A DNA stretch of 64,000 nucleotides, from contig CAXXKA010000006.1 in NCBI GenBank assembly GCA_963668625.2, positions 855,122 to 919,121 of the forward strand, written 5' to 3'. Numbering within the stretch: the stretch's first letter is position 1; each line of letters opens with the position of its first letter. A program made the translations under genes and the position numbers. This document shows, in pieces, positions 10,294 through 19,037 of the stretch. A model generated the notes under the pieces. It was not told the DNA's origin, did no database searches, and saw only the letters and a list, made by a program, of their open reading frames with translations. This stretch comes from an uncultured candidate division Zixibacteria bacterium (GTDB lineage Bacteria; Zixibacteria; MSB-5A5; UBA10806; 4484-95).

Positions 10294-11443
10294 AGATTTA
10301 ATATCCGGGAAGAGTAAAACCATCATCGGTTTAAACAGCGGTACCTCTGCCGATGGTATAGACGCGGCTGTTATTCGGGTTTCCGGTAATGGCTTCAAGT
10401 CGAAAGTGGAATTTATTCGCGGAGCAACGTATAAACACAGCCTGAAATTAAAATCCCGGATATTGAAATACGCCCAGCCTGAATTCAGAGATGGAGTCAA
10501 TTGGCTTAAGCTCGATATCGAATTGGCAGAAATGTTCGCAAAAGCATGTCTCAAGGTAATAAAAAAAGCCAGGCTACGTGTGGCCGATATTGATATGATC
10601 GGCTCGCACGGCCAGACAATCCGTCACTTACCGGCTGCTGATAGCCAATCGTTATCTTATCAACTGGGCGATCCGGCCCGAATAGCTGCTTTTACCGGCA
10701 TTACTACTATTGGTGATTTCCGTATAGCCGATATCGCCTCGGGCGGGCAGGGAGCGCCGCTAACCCCGATCGTTAACGCCATTCTGTTCGGCGAAAGCCG
10801 GAGATCGGTGGGCGTTTTGAATATCGGTGGTATTGCTAATATCTCGGCCATTAGTTATTCTGATGGGAAATACCGCTTGTTCGGTTGCGATACGGGACCG
10901 GGAAACATGCTCATAGATTGGCTTAGTGACAGGCTCTTTAACCGGGAATACGATAGTAACGGTAAAATCGCCGCCACCGGATATGTAGACAAAACGCTGG
11001 CTAGCTCAATGCTCAAGGCGAAATACTACAATATCAAGGGGCCGAAATCCTCGGGGAGGGAACAGTATGGCGCGCGTTTCGCCGAGACGTTTTTGCATAA
11101 GGCTAAAGCAAGAGGATTAAAAAAAGAGGACATAATTGCAACGGCCTCATATTTAACCTCGAAAGCAGTACGAAAATGTGTTAAACTCAACGGGCTAAAG
11201 CTCGATCTATTAATAACAACAGGAGGCGGAACTAAAAACCGGTTTTTGATGAGAACTCTGGAGGAGCTGTTGCCTGATATCGAGTTCAGGCAAGCGACGG
11301 AGTATGGTTTTCCCAATGATTATCTCGAAGCGGTTAGTTTCGCGATTTTAGCTAACGAGACATTATGTTCAAACAGATACGACCTGAAAAAAGTAACCGG
11401 ATCACGACAGGAAATAGTCTTAGGCAAAATCTGCCAGGCTTGA
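10271..11443 (+). CDS. anmK: Anhydro-N-acetylmuramic acid kinase
   Basis: GLNSGTSADGID, GSHGQT, GGQGAPL, NIGGIAN, DTGPGN, PKSSGRE. Confidence 0.95.
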   Translation: MRKTNCLKDLISGKSKTIIGLNSGTSADGIDAAVIRVSGNGFKSKVEFIRGATYKHSLKLKSRILKYAQPEFRDGVNWLKLDIELAEMFAKACLKVIKKARLRVADIDMIGSHGQTIRHLPAADSQSLSYQLGDPARIAAFTGITTIGDFRIADIASGGQGAPLTPIVNAILFGESRRSVGVLNIGGIANISAISYSDGKYRLFGCDTGPGNMLIDWLSDRLFNREYDSNGKIAATGYVDKTLASSMLKAKYYNIKGPKSSGREQYGARFAETFLHKAKARGLKKEDIIATASYLTSKAVRKCVKLNGLKLDLLITTGGGTKNRFLMRTLEELLPDIEFRQATEYGFPNDYLEAVSFAILANETLCSNRYDLKKVTGSRQEIVLGKICQA

Positions 11444-12663
11444 TTTCGATTATACTCGTATTATTTTTATGCGGGACATCGTTTGGTTTTTCCAAGCGAA
11501 AACCGCCCGAGAAATTCGAGTTCGACCGCCAGATTAGAGTCTGGCTGGGCGAAACCGACAGCGCTTCGGTCAATACCTCCGGCGAGATGATTATCGAATG
11601 TTATCGTAATGGTGATCGGGGAGAGATTTATTACACCTCCTCGGCCATTGAAATTAGCGCCGGCGAACGTGGAATTACGGTGATGGATAACAACGGCATA
11701 CTGGCCCTCGATCTGACCTCGGTGGTATTCAAGCCACGATTCCCGAACGTGTTTTTGGATTATGACGAAAAACGATATCGTGGATTTATCGAATGCGACA
11801 GGTCGGGGGATGATCCGCATGTCAGGGTATTCAATTTAATCGATATAGAGTCGTACTTGAAAGGCGTATTGCCGGGAGAGTTGGGAGAGAGAACCGAGGA
11901 TGAGTACGAGGCGGCTAAAGCTCAGGCTATCGCGGCGCGAACTTACGCAATCTGGAAACTATCCTCACAAGAAAATGACAGGCATATTAAAAACTCCATC
12001 GATGACCAGTTGTACCTGGGGGCTAACGCCGAATTACCGCTATTGAATAAAGCGGTAGAGGAAACAGAGGGGATGATATTGACCTATGATAGGTTGCCTA
12101 TAGCGGCTTATTATCACGCGGTTTGCGGCGGTTCCACCACGCCTATCGAAAAAGTATGGCAAAGTGACGGCCTGCCCTATCTAACAGGCGCCGTGGATGG
12201 TGATTACTGCCAGTGGGCTAAGACATTTTTCTGGAACGAGGAATTCGACATGGAGAGGTTGAAAACGAACCTCAGTAATTATTTCGGAGGTAAAGGCAAA
12301 CTCCCCCGAAAGGGATTCGGTAAAATTACTTCGATCAAATTCAAAAAGGATCACTCTATCGGCCGTATGGTTGAAATGCAAATAAAGACTACTACCGGCG
12401 AATTCGAAGTCGAGTCGGATCAGATAAGATGGGCGTTGAAAAAAGCATCCTCGAATAACGGAATATTACCCTCGACCCGGTTCAATTTCAGGATCAAGAA
12501 AGCCGGCGGCTCGATTACGGGCCTCGAGTTGGTTGGCGCGGGCAATGGTCATGGTATCGGCATGTGTCAGTGTGGGGCTATCGGGCGGGCGCGTGACGGC
12601 GCTTCATACGCTGAGATTTTAAATACTTATTATCACGATATTACGATCGAGAAAATATATTAG
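11440..12663 (+). CDS. SpoIID/LytB-domain lytic transglycosylase, secreted
   Basis: YLKGVLPGE, AKAQAIAARTY, GNGHGIGMCQCGA, ILNTYY; probable TTG start overlapping the anmK stop (track start 11365). Confidence 0.9.
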   Translation: MISIILVLFLCGTSFGFSKRKPPEKFEFDRQIRVWLGETDSASVNTSGEMIIECYRNGDRGEIYYTSSAIEISAGERGITVMDNNGILALDLTSVVFKPRFPNVFLDYDEKRYRGFIECDRSGDDPHVRVFNLIDIESYLKGVLPGELGERTEDEYEAAKAQAIAARTYAIWKLSSQENDRHIKNSIDDQLYLGANAELPLLNKAVEETEGMILTYDRLPIAAYYHAVCGGSTTPIEKVWQSDGLPYLTGAVDGDYCQWAKTFFWNEEFDMERLKTNLSNYFGGKGKLPRKGFGKITSIKFKKDHSIGRMVEMQIKTTTGEFEVESDQIRWALKKASSNNGILPSTRFNFRIKKAGGSITGLELVGAGNGHGIGMCQCGAIGRARDGASYAEILNTYYHDITIEKIY

Positions 12664-13325
12664 TCATCCACCGGCAAACTTCCCGGGTTGGCGTTAAGCG
12701 TATCGACAAAATTAAGCGCCATGTGTTGAATTTTCTGTGCGTTTTCATCTATAAGAGTGAGTTTATCCAGAGTACCGCTATCATAAGCCGTGGCTGATTG
12801 CATTATCAACTGAATGTTCCCTATAATCGCTGTCAGCAGGTTATTAATTTCACTGTTATACGATAATGTCATACTGACAATATCCCGCTTGGATTGATTT
12901 TCCTGCATTTGACTATGAATATTATATAGTTTGAGGTTCAAGCGATAGCATTTAAGGGCGGTTTCCAGGGCAGAGAGGAAATTTTGTTTGATATTCGAAT
13001 CGTCTTTAACGAAAACGCAGGCGTTATCGAACGTGGTATCGGTAGAGTCGTGTTTGCCGGGAATGTCATCGATTATGATAATTCCGGGATTCGGCGTCAG
13101 GCTGCTGATCGTCTTAACGAGTTTCCTCCTGTCTCTCGAGTTGGAGGGGTATTTCATCACGATAGCGTTGCATTCGTCGGTTTTTAAAAATCCGATACTT
13201 TTATCGAGGGAATTTTCGTAAATGACATCCAGGGCCGGGAAAGATTTCTTAATCTCGGCGTTCGTCGGTAAATCGAAATGATATTCGCTGTCTACGATCA
13301 AAACTATTTCTTTGCCCATACGCAT
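12660..13325 (-). CDS. Degenerate receiver + HisKA-like protein, no ATPase domain
   Basis: IVLIVDSE REC-like start; SEINNLLTAIIGNIQL resembles an H-box with His replaced. Confidence 0.6.
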   Translation of the reverse strand: MRMGKEIVLIVDSEYHFDLPTNAEIKKSFPALDVIYENSLDKSIGFLKTDECNAIVMKYPSNSRDRRKLVKTISSLTPNPGIIIIDDIPGKHDSTDTTFDNACVFVKDDSNIKQNFLSALETALKCYRLNLKLYNIHSQMQENQSKRDIVSMTLSYNSEINNLLTAIIGNIQLIMQSATAYDSGTLDKLTLIDENAQKIQHMALNFVDTLNANPGSLPVDD

Positions 13326-13409
13326 AGGATATCGTCTATGTGATAGCTGGAATTCAATCGCCTGAAAATCGAGCGATCGTTTCCTGTTTCATCGTGTATA
13401 GGCGTTTAT

Positions 13410-15047
13410 TTATTTAACGAACGCGAATTTGATTGTCCGGCAAGCGGATGGGCTATGCAGGTAGGCAAGGTAAAAGCCCGAGGCTATTTTTTCGGCGGAT
13501 TTATTTTTTGCGTCCCATATTTTTTCGTTAATACTATCCCCATCGGGGACTAAATCGATTGATTTGACTTTGTCACCGGCGACCGTATAAATAATGATTT
13601 TGGAATTTTCGGTGATCGGAGGATCGAACAAGAATATCACCGAATCGTGCGCCGGATGAGGAGCGACGAAAACGGGTTCGCCGTCGGGAGAGGCTATTTC
13701 GCCACTGTACATATTATAGAACCGCGCGATTCCCCAACCATAATCGTTATCGGGGCTGCCGGAATTGGAGGCGTAACGTTTTAGATTATAAAGGATGGCT
13801 CCAATATCCCAATCGGGGTGGGCCTCCAGTATAAGCGCCAGACCGCCTGCGATTATCGGGGCGGAAAAAGATGTTCCGTTGGAGGTGAGGAATCCACCGC
13901 TATAATAATTAGCAGTGACCACGCCCTGTGCCAGCGCGCAAACATCGGGTTTAATACGGCCGTCAGCGGTGGGGCCGGGAGAGGAGTTGGCGTACAGGGT
14001 GCCATTTGAAATTATGCCACCGGCCGCGATAACCGAGTCGCCGTCGGCCGGGACGATTAACGTGCCCCAGTTATTTCGGCGTTCGTTGCCAGCGGAGTTA
14101 ACCACGATTATTCCCAGCGAAGCGGCCATATCGGCGGCGGCGGTGATAGCAGGCGTGTCGCCATCGAGATCCGATTGGTCATACCAATCGGTGTAGCCTA
14201 CCGAACTGGAGATTATATCAACACCGGCAACCTCCATCGACTCGGCGGCGGCGATCCAGTAGTCCTCCTCGATCTGTACCTCGGGGTAGTAAAGCTCGGT
14301 TTTGGCCAGGAAAAATTCGGCGTTGTAAGCCGCGCCTATAAGATTACCCTCGCTGTACCCGCCGATAACCGACCAGGTTGCCGTACCGTGGCTCTGCTGG
14401 ACATCCTGAGAGTCTTGCACGTCACCGTCGTTGTTGATAAAATCATAAGTAGCCAATAAACGTCCGTCATCTATGATATGGCTCATTGCCGAATGTTCGA
14501 GATTAAAACCGGTATCCATGATACCGATATATACGCCCTCGCCGGTGAAATTCAGACTGTGAAGAGAATCAATCTGGCATAAGTGAAGCTGTGTATATGA
14601 CGGGCCGTAGTCCAGGGCGGTGTACTCCAGAGGGGATAGTGTTTTGGCCATCTGAGGAGTTAGCTCCTCGTTATCGAAAGTTCTATTTTTAAATGTAGCT
14701 ACCTGTTTAATGTCTTTAATAAATCCTAGCTGCCTGACTTGATTGATCGCCTGTTCCGAGCCCGCTACACTCACCGCTCCAAGCCATCTGGAGACCACAT
14801 GCACGGTTAATCCGGCATTCTCTATCTGCTCTATAACCTCCGGATCGGGGCGGTAGTCATGTTTGTCTAATGGTGAGTCAAAACCGCGGATAGCTCTTCG
14901 GTTTTGTGCACGTTCAGATACATTGACTTTGGTGTTAATATTATCATCACTTACGAATAGCCAGTGTTTGGGCTGCATTGCTTGAATACTGTTGCTATTA
15001 ATAATAATTATTATTAATATTGCACTATAACCTGTTAATTTCCGCAT
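13410..15047 (-). CDS. Secreted S8 (subtilisin-like) serine protease with FlgD-Ig-like C-terminal domain
   Basis: DTGF, HGT, SAGNE, GTSFSAP catalytic motifs; C-terminal APHPAH...IYTVAGDKV...WDAKN...ASGFY; signal-peptide-like MRKLTGYSAILIII start. Confidence 0.92.
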   Translation of the reverse strand: MRKLTGYSAILIIIIINSNSIQAMQPKHWLFVSDDNINTKVNVSERAQNRRAIRGFDSPLDKHDYRPDPEVIEQIENAGLTVHVVSRWLGAVSVAGSEQAINQVRQLGFIKDIKQVATFKNRTFDNEELTPQMAKTLSPLEYTALDYGPSYTQLHLCQIDSLHSLNFTGEGVYIGIMDTGFNLEHSAMSHIIDDGRLLATYDFINNDGDVQDSQDVQQSHGTATWSVIGGYSEGNLIGAAYNAEFFLAKTELYYPEVQIEEDYWIAAAESMEVAGVDIISSSVGYTDWYDQSDLDGDTPAITAAADMAASLGIIVVNSAGNERRNNWGTLIVPADGDSVIAAGGIISNGTLYANSSPGPTADGRIKPDVCALAQGVVTANYYSGGFLTSNGTSFSAPIIAGGLALILEAHPDWDIGAILYNLKRYASNSGSPDNDYGWGIARFYNMYSGEIASPDGEPVFVAPHPAHDSVIFLFDPPITENSKIIIYTVAGDKVKSIDLVPDGDSINEKIWDAKNKSAEKIASGFYLAYLHSPSACRTIKFAFVK

Positions 15048-15148
15048 TAATGCACTTAATAGACCCATGATATTTGCTTGACTTTTACCGATAAACATAG
15101 TATCCTTTCCGATGTTAGTACAAAGTGGTACAAACATGATAGGATTTT

Positions 15149-15751
15149 ATGCCGAACGATAACACAAATCAAGACAAAAAACAGCGGTTCGAGAAGCTTT
15201 TCTTGCCGTTGATGGATAATTTGTATAATCTGGCTATGCGAATGACCCGTAATCAGGGGGATGCCGAGGATTTGGTTCAAGAGGCATACTTAAAAGCTTA
15301 CAGGTTTTTTGACCATTTTCAGGAAGGCACCAACGCGAAAGCCTGGATAATTACGATTTTAACCAATACTTTCCGTACTAAATACCGTAAAACCCAGAAA
15401 GAACCCGATCAGGTTGATTTCGATGCGGTAGAAAATTTCTTTCTAGTAGACCAGATGAAACCGGCTATTTATCCGGCGAATAAGTCCGAGGCCAGGGATA
15501 GTAATGAGATCACCGACATACTAAAAGCTTATGTGTCGGATGATGTTATTAAGGCTTTGGAGAATATCCCGGAACAATTCCGTATGGCGGTGTTGTTATC
15601 AGATGTTGAACGATTCAATTACCAAGAGATTGCCGATATCATCGGAGCGAACGTAGGTACCGTAAAATCGAGGATTTTCAGGGGGCGTAGACTATTACAA
15701 AAACAGCTCTACGAATTAGCCAAAGAGCGGGGGATAGTCGGGAAGCAATAA
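15149..15751 (+). CDS. ECF sigma-70 factor (SigR/SigH-like)
   Basis: DAEDLVQEAYLKAYRFF..F..GTNAKAW; YQEIA..GTVKSRIFRGR. Confidence 0.92.
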   Translation: MPNDNTNQDKKQRFEKLFLPLMDNLYNLAMRMTRNQGDAEDLVQEAYLKAYRFFDHFQEGTNAKAWIITILTNTFRTKYRKTQKEPDQVDFDAVENFFLVDQMKPAIYPANKSEARDSNEITDILKAYVSDDVIKALENIPEQFRMAVLLSDVERFNYQEIADIIGANVGTVKSRIFRGRRLLQKQLYELAKERGIVGKQ

Positions 15752-15990
15752 TGATAAAGTGTGAAGAGGTCCTCAAGCACCTTTACGAGTATATCGATAA
15801 GCAGCTTGATGAGGGGACCCATGACAAGATTGAAGAGCATCTGAAATACTGCAAACATTGCTGCAGACATCACGATTTCGAAATCGAACTTCGTAATTTG
15901 GTTGTCCGCAGTTGTTTTCAGAAAAAAGCCCCGGATGTTTTAAAAGCGAAAATCAACGGGCTTTTAGATGATATTGATCGTCAAAAGTAG
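15751..15990 (+). CDS. Zinc-binding anti-sigma factor (RsrA/RshA-like, zf-HC2)
   Basis: C..V...LYEYID...HLKYCKHC ZAS motif; soluble 79 aa; abuts the sigma gene. Confidence 0.88.
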   Translation: MIKCEEVLKHLYEYIDKQLDEGTHDKIEEHLKYCKHCCRHHDFEIELRNLVVRSCFQKKAPDVLKAKINGLLDDIDRQK

Positions 15991-16023
15991 CCCGCTTTAT
16001 TAAAATAACATCCGCCCCAGTTA

Positions 16024-16056
16024 ACGCCGGCTTAATCAAGCGGCGTATTTTTATTT
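16024..16056 (+). terminator. Intrinsic terminator
   Basis: ACGCCG(G)CTT-AATC-AAGCGGCGT followed by T-rich tract. Confidence 0.6.
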
Positions 16057-16137
16057 CTAGATCATAAAGTATTTTATACGAATTGATTTAATTACTATCG
16101 CTAACTGAGTAGCTTGATAGCTGAATTCAATATGCAT

Positions 16138-16161
16138 GTCAATCTCGTGAAAACGGGAATC
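16138..16161. repeat. REP-like palindrome remnant (GTCATTCCCG..GGGAATC type)
   Basis: GTCAATCTCGTGAAAACGGGAATC; its 3' half AAAACGGGAATCT recurs at about 17206. Confidence 0.45.
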
Positions 16162-16224
16162 TGTTTTTTAATTATTTGATCCGCACGATAGCATTGTCAA
16201 CAAGCCCTTGGTTCCAAAGTGCTG

Positions 16225-16331
16225 GGATTGTTGAAAAAGTTCTTATTAAAGCTTGAGGTGTTAGGAATCATTTCCTGACACCTGATTTAAGGATTCCCAG
16301 CGACTCGCGTTGATAGCTTTTTCAATAATCC
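16225..16331. mobile_element. MITE-like element with 15-bp terminal inverted repeats
   Basis: GGATTGTTGAAAAAG ... CTTTTTCAATAATCC (1 mismatch); non-coding; related copies at 17134-17204 and 56986-57138. Confidence 0.6.
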
Positions 16332-16353
16332 TTTGCTTGGGGTTACAAGCTGA

Positions 16354-16833
16354 TCAAAACCGATCATCCGATTTATGCTTTTTAGATTTCACCGCGTTGC
16401 TCTCCAGCCAGCCAGTTTTGATATCCTCAGCATTATCAAACTGCGGTACGTACGGCTTGATATCAAGTATCGGCGTACCATCTATGATATCGACATTCTC
16501 TATGTGAAGAGTATTGCCCTCGATAGCTGTTAGTTTCACCACCGATATGCCGATAGGGTTAGGCCTTCTTGGCGCACGAGTAGCAAACAGCCCGCGTTCG
16601 GTATCATCGAGAAACGGCGTGACCTTGAGCGAGTAGCCCTCCGACAGATGGAAATGGTAGATCAGTATGATATGCGAGAAACCATCGAGATCAGCTAACG
16701 CCTCGGCGTATTCGGGGTTGATATCCACGCTGCCTTTGATGCCATCCGCACCCGAGGGTTGAATGGGCATGCCCTCGCGGTTTTTATGCGGTGAGTGTAT
16801 GGTGCCGATGGGAGTGAAGATGATTTTGTTCAT
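16354..16833 (-). CDS. tsaA: tRNA m6t6A37 methyltransferase TrmO
   Basis: PIGTIHSP, P.QP, FSHIILIYHFH, GLFATRAPRRPNPIG, GTPILDIKPY; start at MNKIIF (the longer track ORF runs through palindromes). Confidence 0.93.
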   Translation of the reverse strand: MNKIIFTPIGTIHSPHKNREGMPIQPSGADGIKGSVDINPEYAEALADLDGFSHIILIYHFHLSEGYSLKVTPFLDDTERGLFATRAPRRPNPIGISVVKLTAIEGNTLHIENVDIIDGTPILDIKPYVPQFDNAEDIKTGWLESNAVKSKKHKSDDRF

Positions 16834-16886
16834 AAGTGTATTATATTTTTGTTCATGATGTAATAACAAGTGATTTATTACAGCTC

Positions 16887-17106
16887 CGTAGGCAAGGTTG
16901 ACCTTACACACCGCCGCAAATATAAACCAGGTTAATTCCACACTATCGCTATGGATGAACCTGGTCTATAATATGCTTACTTAGCCCATAAAATCTAAAT
17001 CGAAACAGAGTTCCTCGAACACGAGCATTACCAAACAGAGTTTGGTAACGAGAAAAGACTACTTCAATTAAACAATCCCACCTCACAGTAGCTGAGGTAG
17101 GCTACC
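16887..17106. repeat. Cluster of REP-like palindromes
   Basis: GTAGGCAAGGTTGACCTTAC; TATAAACCAGGTT...AACCTGGTCTATA inverted repeat (16921-16970); TTACCAAACAGAGTTTGGTAA (17028-17048); CCCACCTCA-N7-TGAGGTAGGCTAC. Confidence 0.6.
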
Positions 17107-17133
17107 CGGCTGACACCTGGATTCGTGCAGAAT

Positions 17134-17204
17134 GTCGCCGGGAAAGGATGAACAAAGGACTTCGTCCGCCCAGCGACTCGTGCAAACAACTTTATCAACA
17201 ACAC
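17134..17204. repeat. Partial copy of the MITE-like repeat
   Basis: About 37/52 identity to the reverse complement of 57005-57056 and 26/36 to 16296-16331 (hand alignment, ungapped). Confidence 0.6.
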
Positions 17205-17241
17205 TAAAACGGGAATCTCATTTCATCGCCAATAAGCTATT

Positions 17242-18609
17242 CTACAGCTCCGCCATCTCAATCGTAAAATGCCTGAGCACCGGCGCTTGCCACTTGATTT
17301 TCAGCGGCTTGACCAGGCTCTTGTTATCGCGAATCTTGGCGAATACATTAACGACATATTTCAAATGCGCCATCGAGTAAACCCGTCTCGGGATAGCCAG
17401 CCTTACCAGCTCCATCTCCGGGAATTTCTCGGTGCCATCGGGCTGCATACCAAGCATTATGCCGCCTATCTCCACGCTGCGCACGCCGCCCTCGGCATAT
17501 AATGCCGCCGAAAGCGCCCAACCGGGGTAGTGTTCGCGTTTCATTTCCGGTAGAAGCGATTTGGCATCCACGAAAATAGCGTGACCACCCGGAGGGGATA
17601 CGATTGGCACACCGGCCTCAACCAGCATATCGCCGAATTGCTTTGTCTGGGTTATGCGGTAGTGAAGGTAATCCTCATCGAGCGCCTCCTCCAAACCACG
17701 GGCTACAGCTTCGAGATCACGTCCGGCCATACCGCCATAGGTGCGGAATCCCTCGATCAGGATAAGCATGTTGGTGATACTGGCGGCTAAATCATCATTA
17801 TTGGTAGCAAAGAAACCGCCGATATTAGCCAGACCGTCTTTCTTGGCCGACATTGTGCAACCATCGGCATAGCTAAACATCTCCTGCGCGATTTCTTTGA
17901 TAGTCTTGTTCTCGTAACCTTTTTCACGTTGCTTGATGAAATAACAATTTTCGGCATACCGGCAGGCATCGAGTATCATCGGGATACCGTGCTTATGCAG
18001 AAGCTCGCTGTAAGCTTTGATATTCGCCATCGCAACAGGCTGACCGCCGCCGGCATTGTTGGTAACCGTGAGCATACCCAGCGGAATATGTTTCGCGCCT
18101 TGTTTTTTTATCAAGTCCTCGACCTTATCTAGATTGATGTTGCCTTTAAACGGGTAGTCCGAGGCGGGATCTTTGCCCTCATCGATGACCAGGTCAAGTG
18201 CGGTCGCTTTCTGATGTTCGACATTGGCTCGGGTGGTATCGAAATGCGTATTCGAGGGGACGAAATCCTCATTGCCGAGCACGCTGGTGAAAAGCAGGTT
18301 TTCGGCAACTCGTCCCTGATGCGCCGGGATTACGTGTTTGAACCCGGTGATATCGCGAATGGTATTCTCGAAATTGAAATAGTTATTACAGCCGGCGTAA
18401 GACTCATCACCGGTCATCAGGCCGGCCCACTGATTATCGCTCATGGCTGAGGTGCCGGAATCGGTAAGCAGGTCGATAAAGATATCGGCGGCTTTTATCT
18501 TGAATACATTGTAATGTGCCTGTTGGAGCTTCTTGAGGCGTTCATCGCGAGGGAGAAGCTTGATTCGTTCAACTGTCTTGGTCTTGTATGGTTCGGGGAT
18601 GAATTCCAT
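17242..18609 (-). CDS. tnaA: Tryptophanase (beta-eliminating lyase)
   Basis: IDLLTDSGT, GDESYAG, HQGR, HFDTT, MSAKKD (PLP Lys; SAKKD favours tryptophanase over tyrosine phenol-lyase), RLAIPRRVY, LRHFT. Confidence 0.88.
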   Translation of the reverse strand: MEFIPEPYKTKTVERIKLLPRDERLKKLQQAHYNVFKIKAADIFIDLLTDSGTSAMSDNQWAGLMTGDESYAGCNNYFNFENTIRDITGFKHVIPAHQGRVAENLLFTSVLGNEDFVPSNTHFDTTRANVEHQKATALDLVIDEGKDPASDYPFKGNINLDKVEDLIKKQGAKHIPLGMLTVTNNAGGGQPVAMANIKAYSELLHKHGIPMILDACRYAENCYFIKQREKGYENKTIKEIAQEMFSYADGCTMSAKKDGLANIGGFFATNNDDLAASITNMLILIEGFRTYGGMAGRDLEAVARGLEEALDEDYLHYRITQTKQFGDMLVEAGVPIVSPPGGHAIFVDAKSLLPEMKREHYPGWALSAALYAEGGVRSVEIGGIMLGMQPDGTEKFPEMELVRLAIPRRVYSMAHLKYVVNVFAKIRDNKSLVKPLKIKWQAPVLRHFTIEMAEL

Positions 18610-19021
18610 TATCTACTCTCCTGAGTATCATGCTAAAAATTAAAAATACGCCCAGGAATACGAATGTGAATACGAAGCTCTGGGCGAGCCAGAAATATAT
18701 GTAATGATCCATCGGTCCGGAGAAAATCGAGCCGATGAAATCCGGTATCTCAATGGTGGCGTTTGCCGAAAGCGGTTGAAGCCGCTCGGCAGGCGAGGCC
18801 AGCGCTATAGGGATATTGCCCAGCACGAAATGAAGCGCCGAATAGCCGAGAGCCAGTTTGATTATTCGCCCGTTTACGAATTGTTTGCCTAATATGATAA
18901 ATGAGAACAAGATAATAGTCATCGCCGAAAGGATGGAGAATACCGACATGCCCATGCCGAGTCCCATGAATACCAGTTCGATTATCCCTGCCAGGCAGAA
19001 TAAGATGATGTAGCGAGTCAA
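18569..19021 (-). CDS. Hypothetical membrane protein (about 4 TM)
   Basis: Hydrophobic ORF in operon; RBS GGAGG before a TTG start. Confidence 0.65.
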   Translation of the reverse strand: MTRYIILFCLAGIIELVFMGLGMGMSVFSILSAMTIILFSFIILGKQFVNGRIIKLALGYSALHFVLGNIPIALASPAERLQPLSANATIEIPDFIGSIFSGPMDHYIYFWLAQSFVFTFVFLGVFLIFSMILRRVDNGIHPRTIQDQDS

Positions 19022-19037
19022 GTTTATCCTCCGAGAA

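Noticed and set aside
16834-16941. N-terminal extension of tsaA in the ORF track
   Set aside because: Runs through palindromic repeats; homology starts at MNKIIF
16130-17225. Repeat cluster as a CRISPR array or integron attC array
   Set aside because: No regularly spaced identical repeats, cas genes, integrase or clear attC boxes
17132-17380. 82-aa ORF
   Set aside because: Overlaps a repeat element and the antisense strand of tnaA
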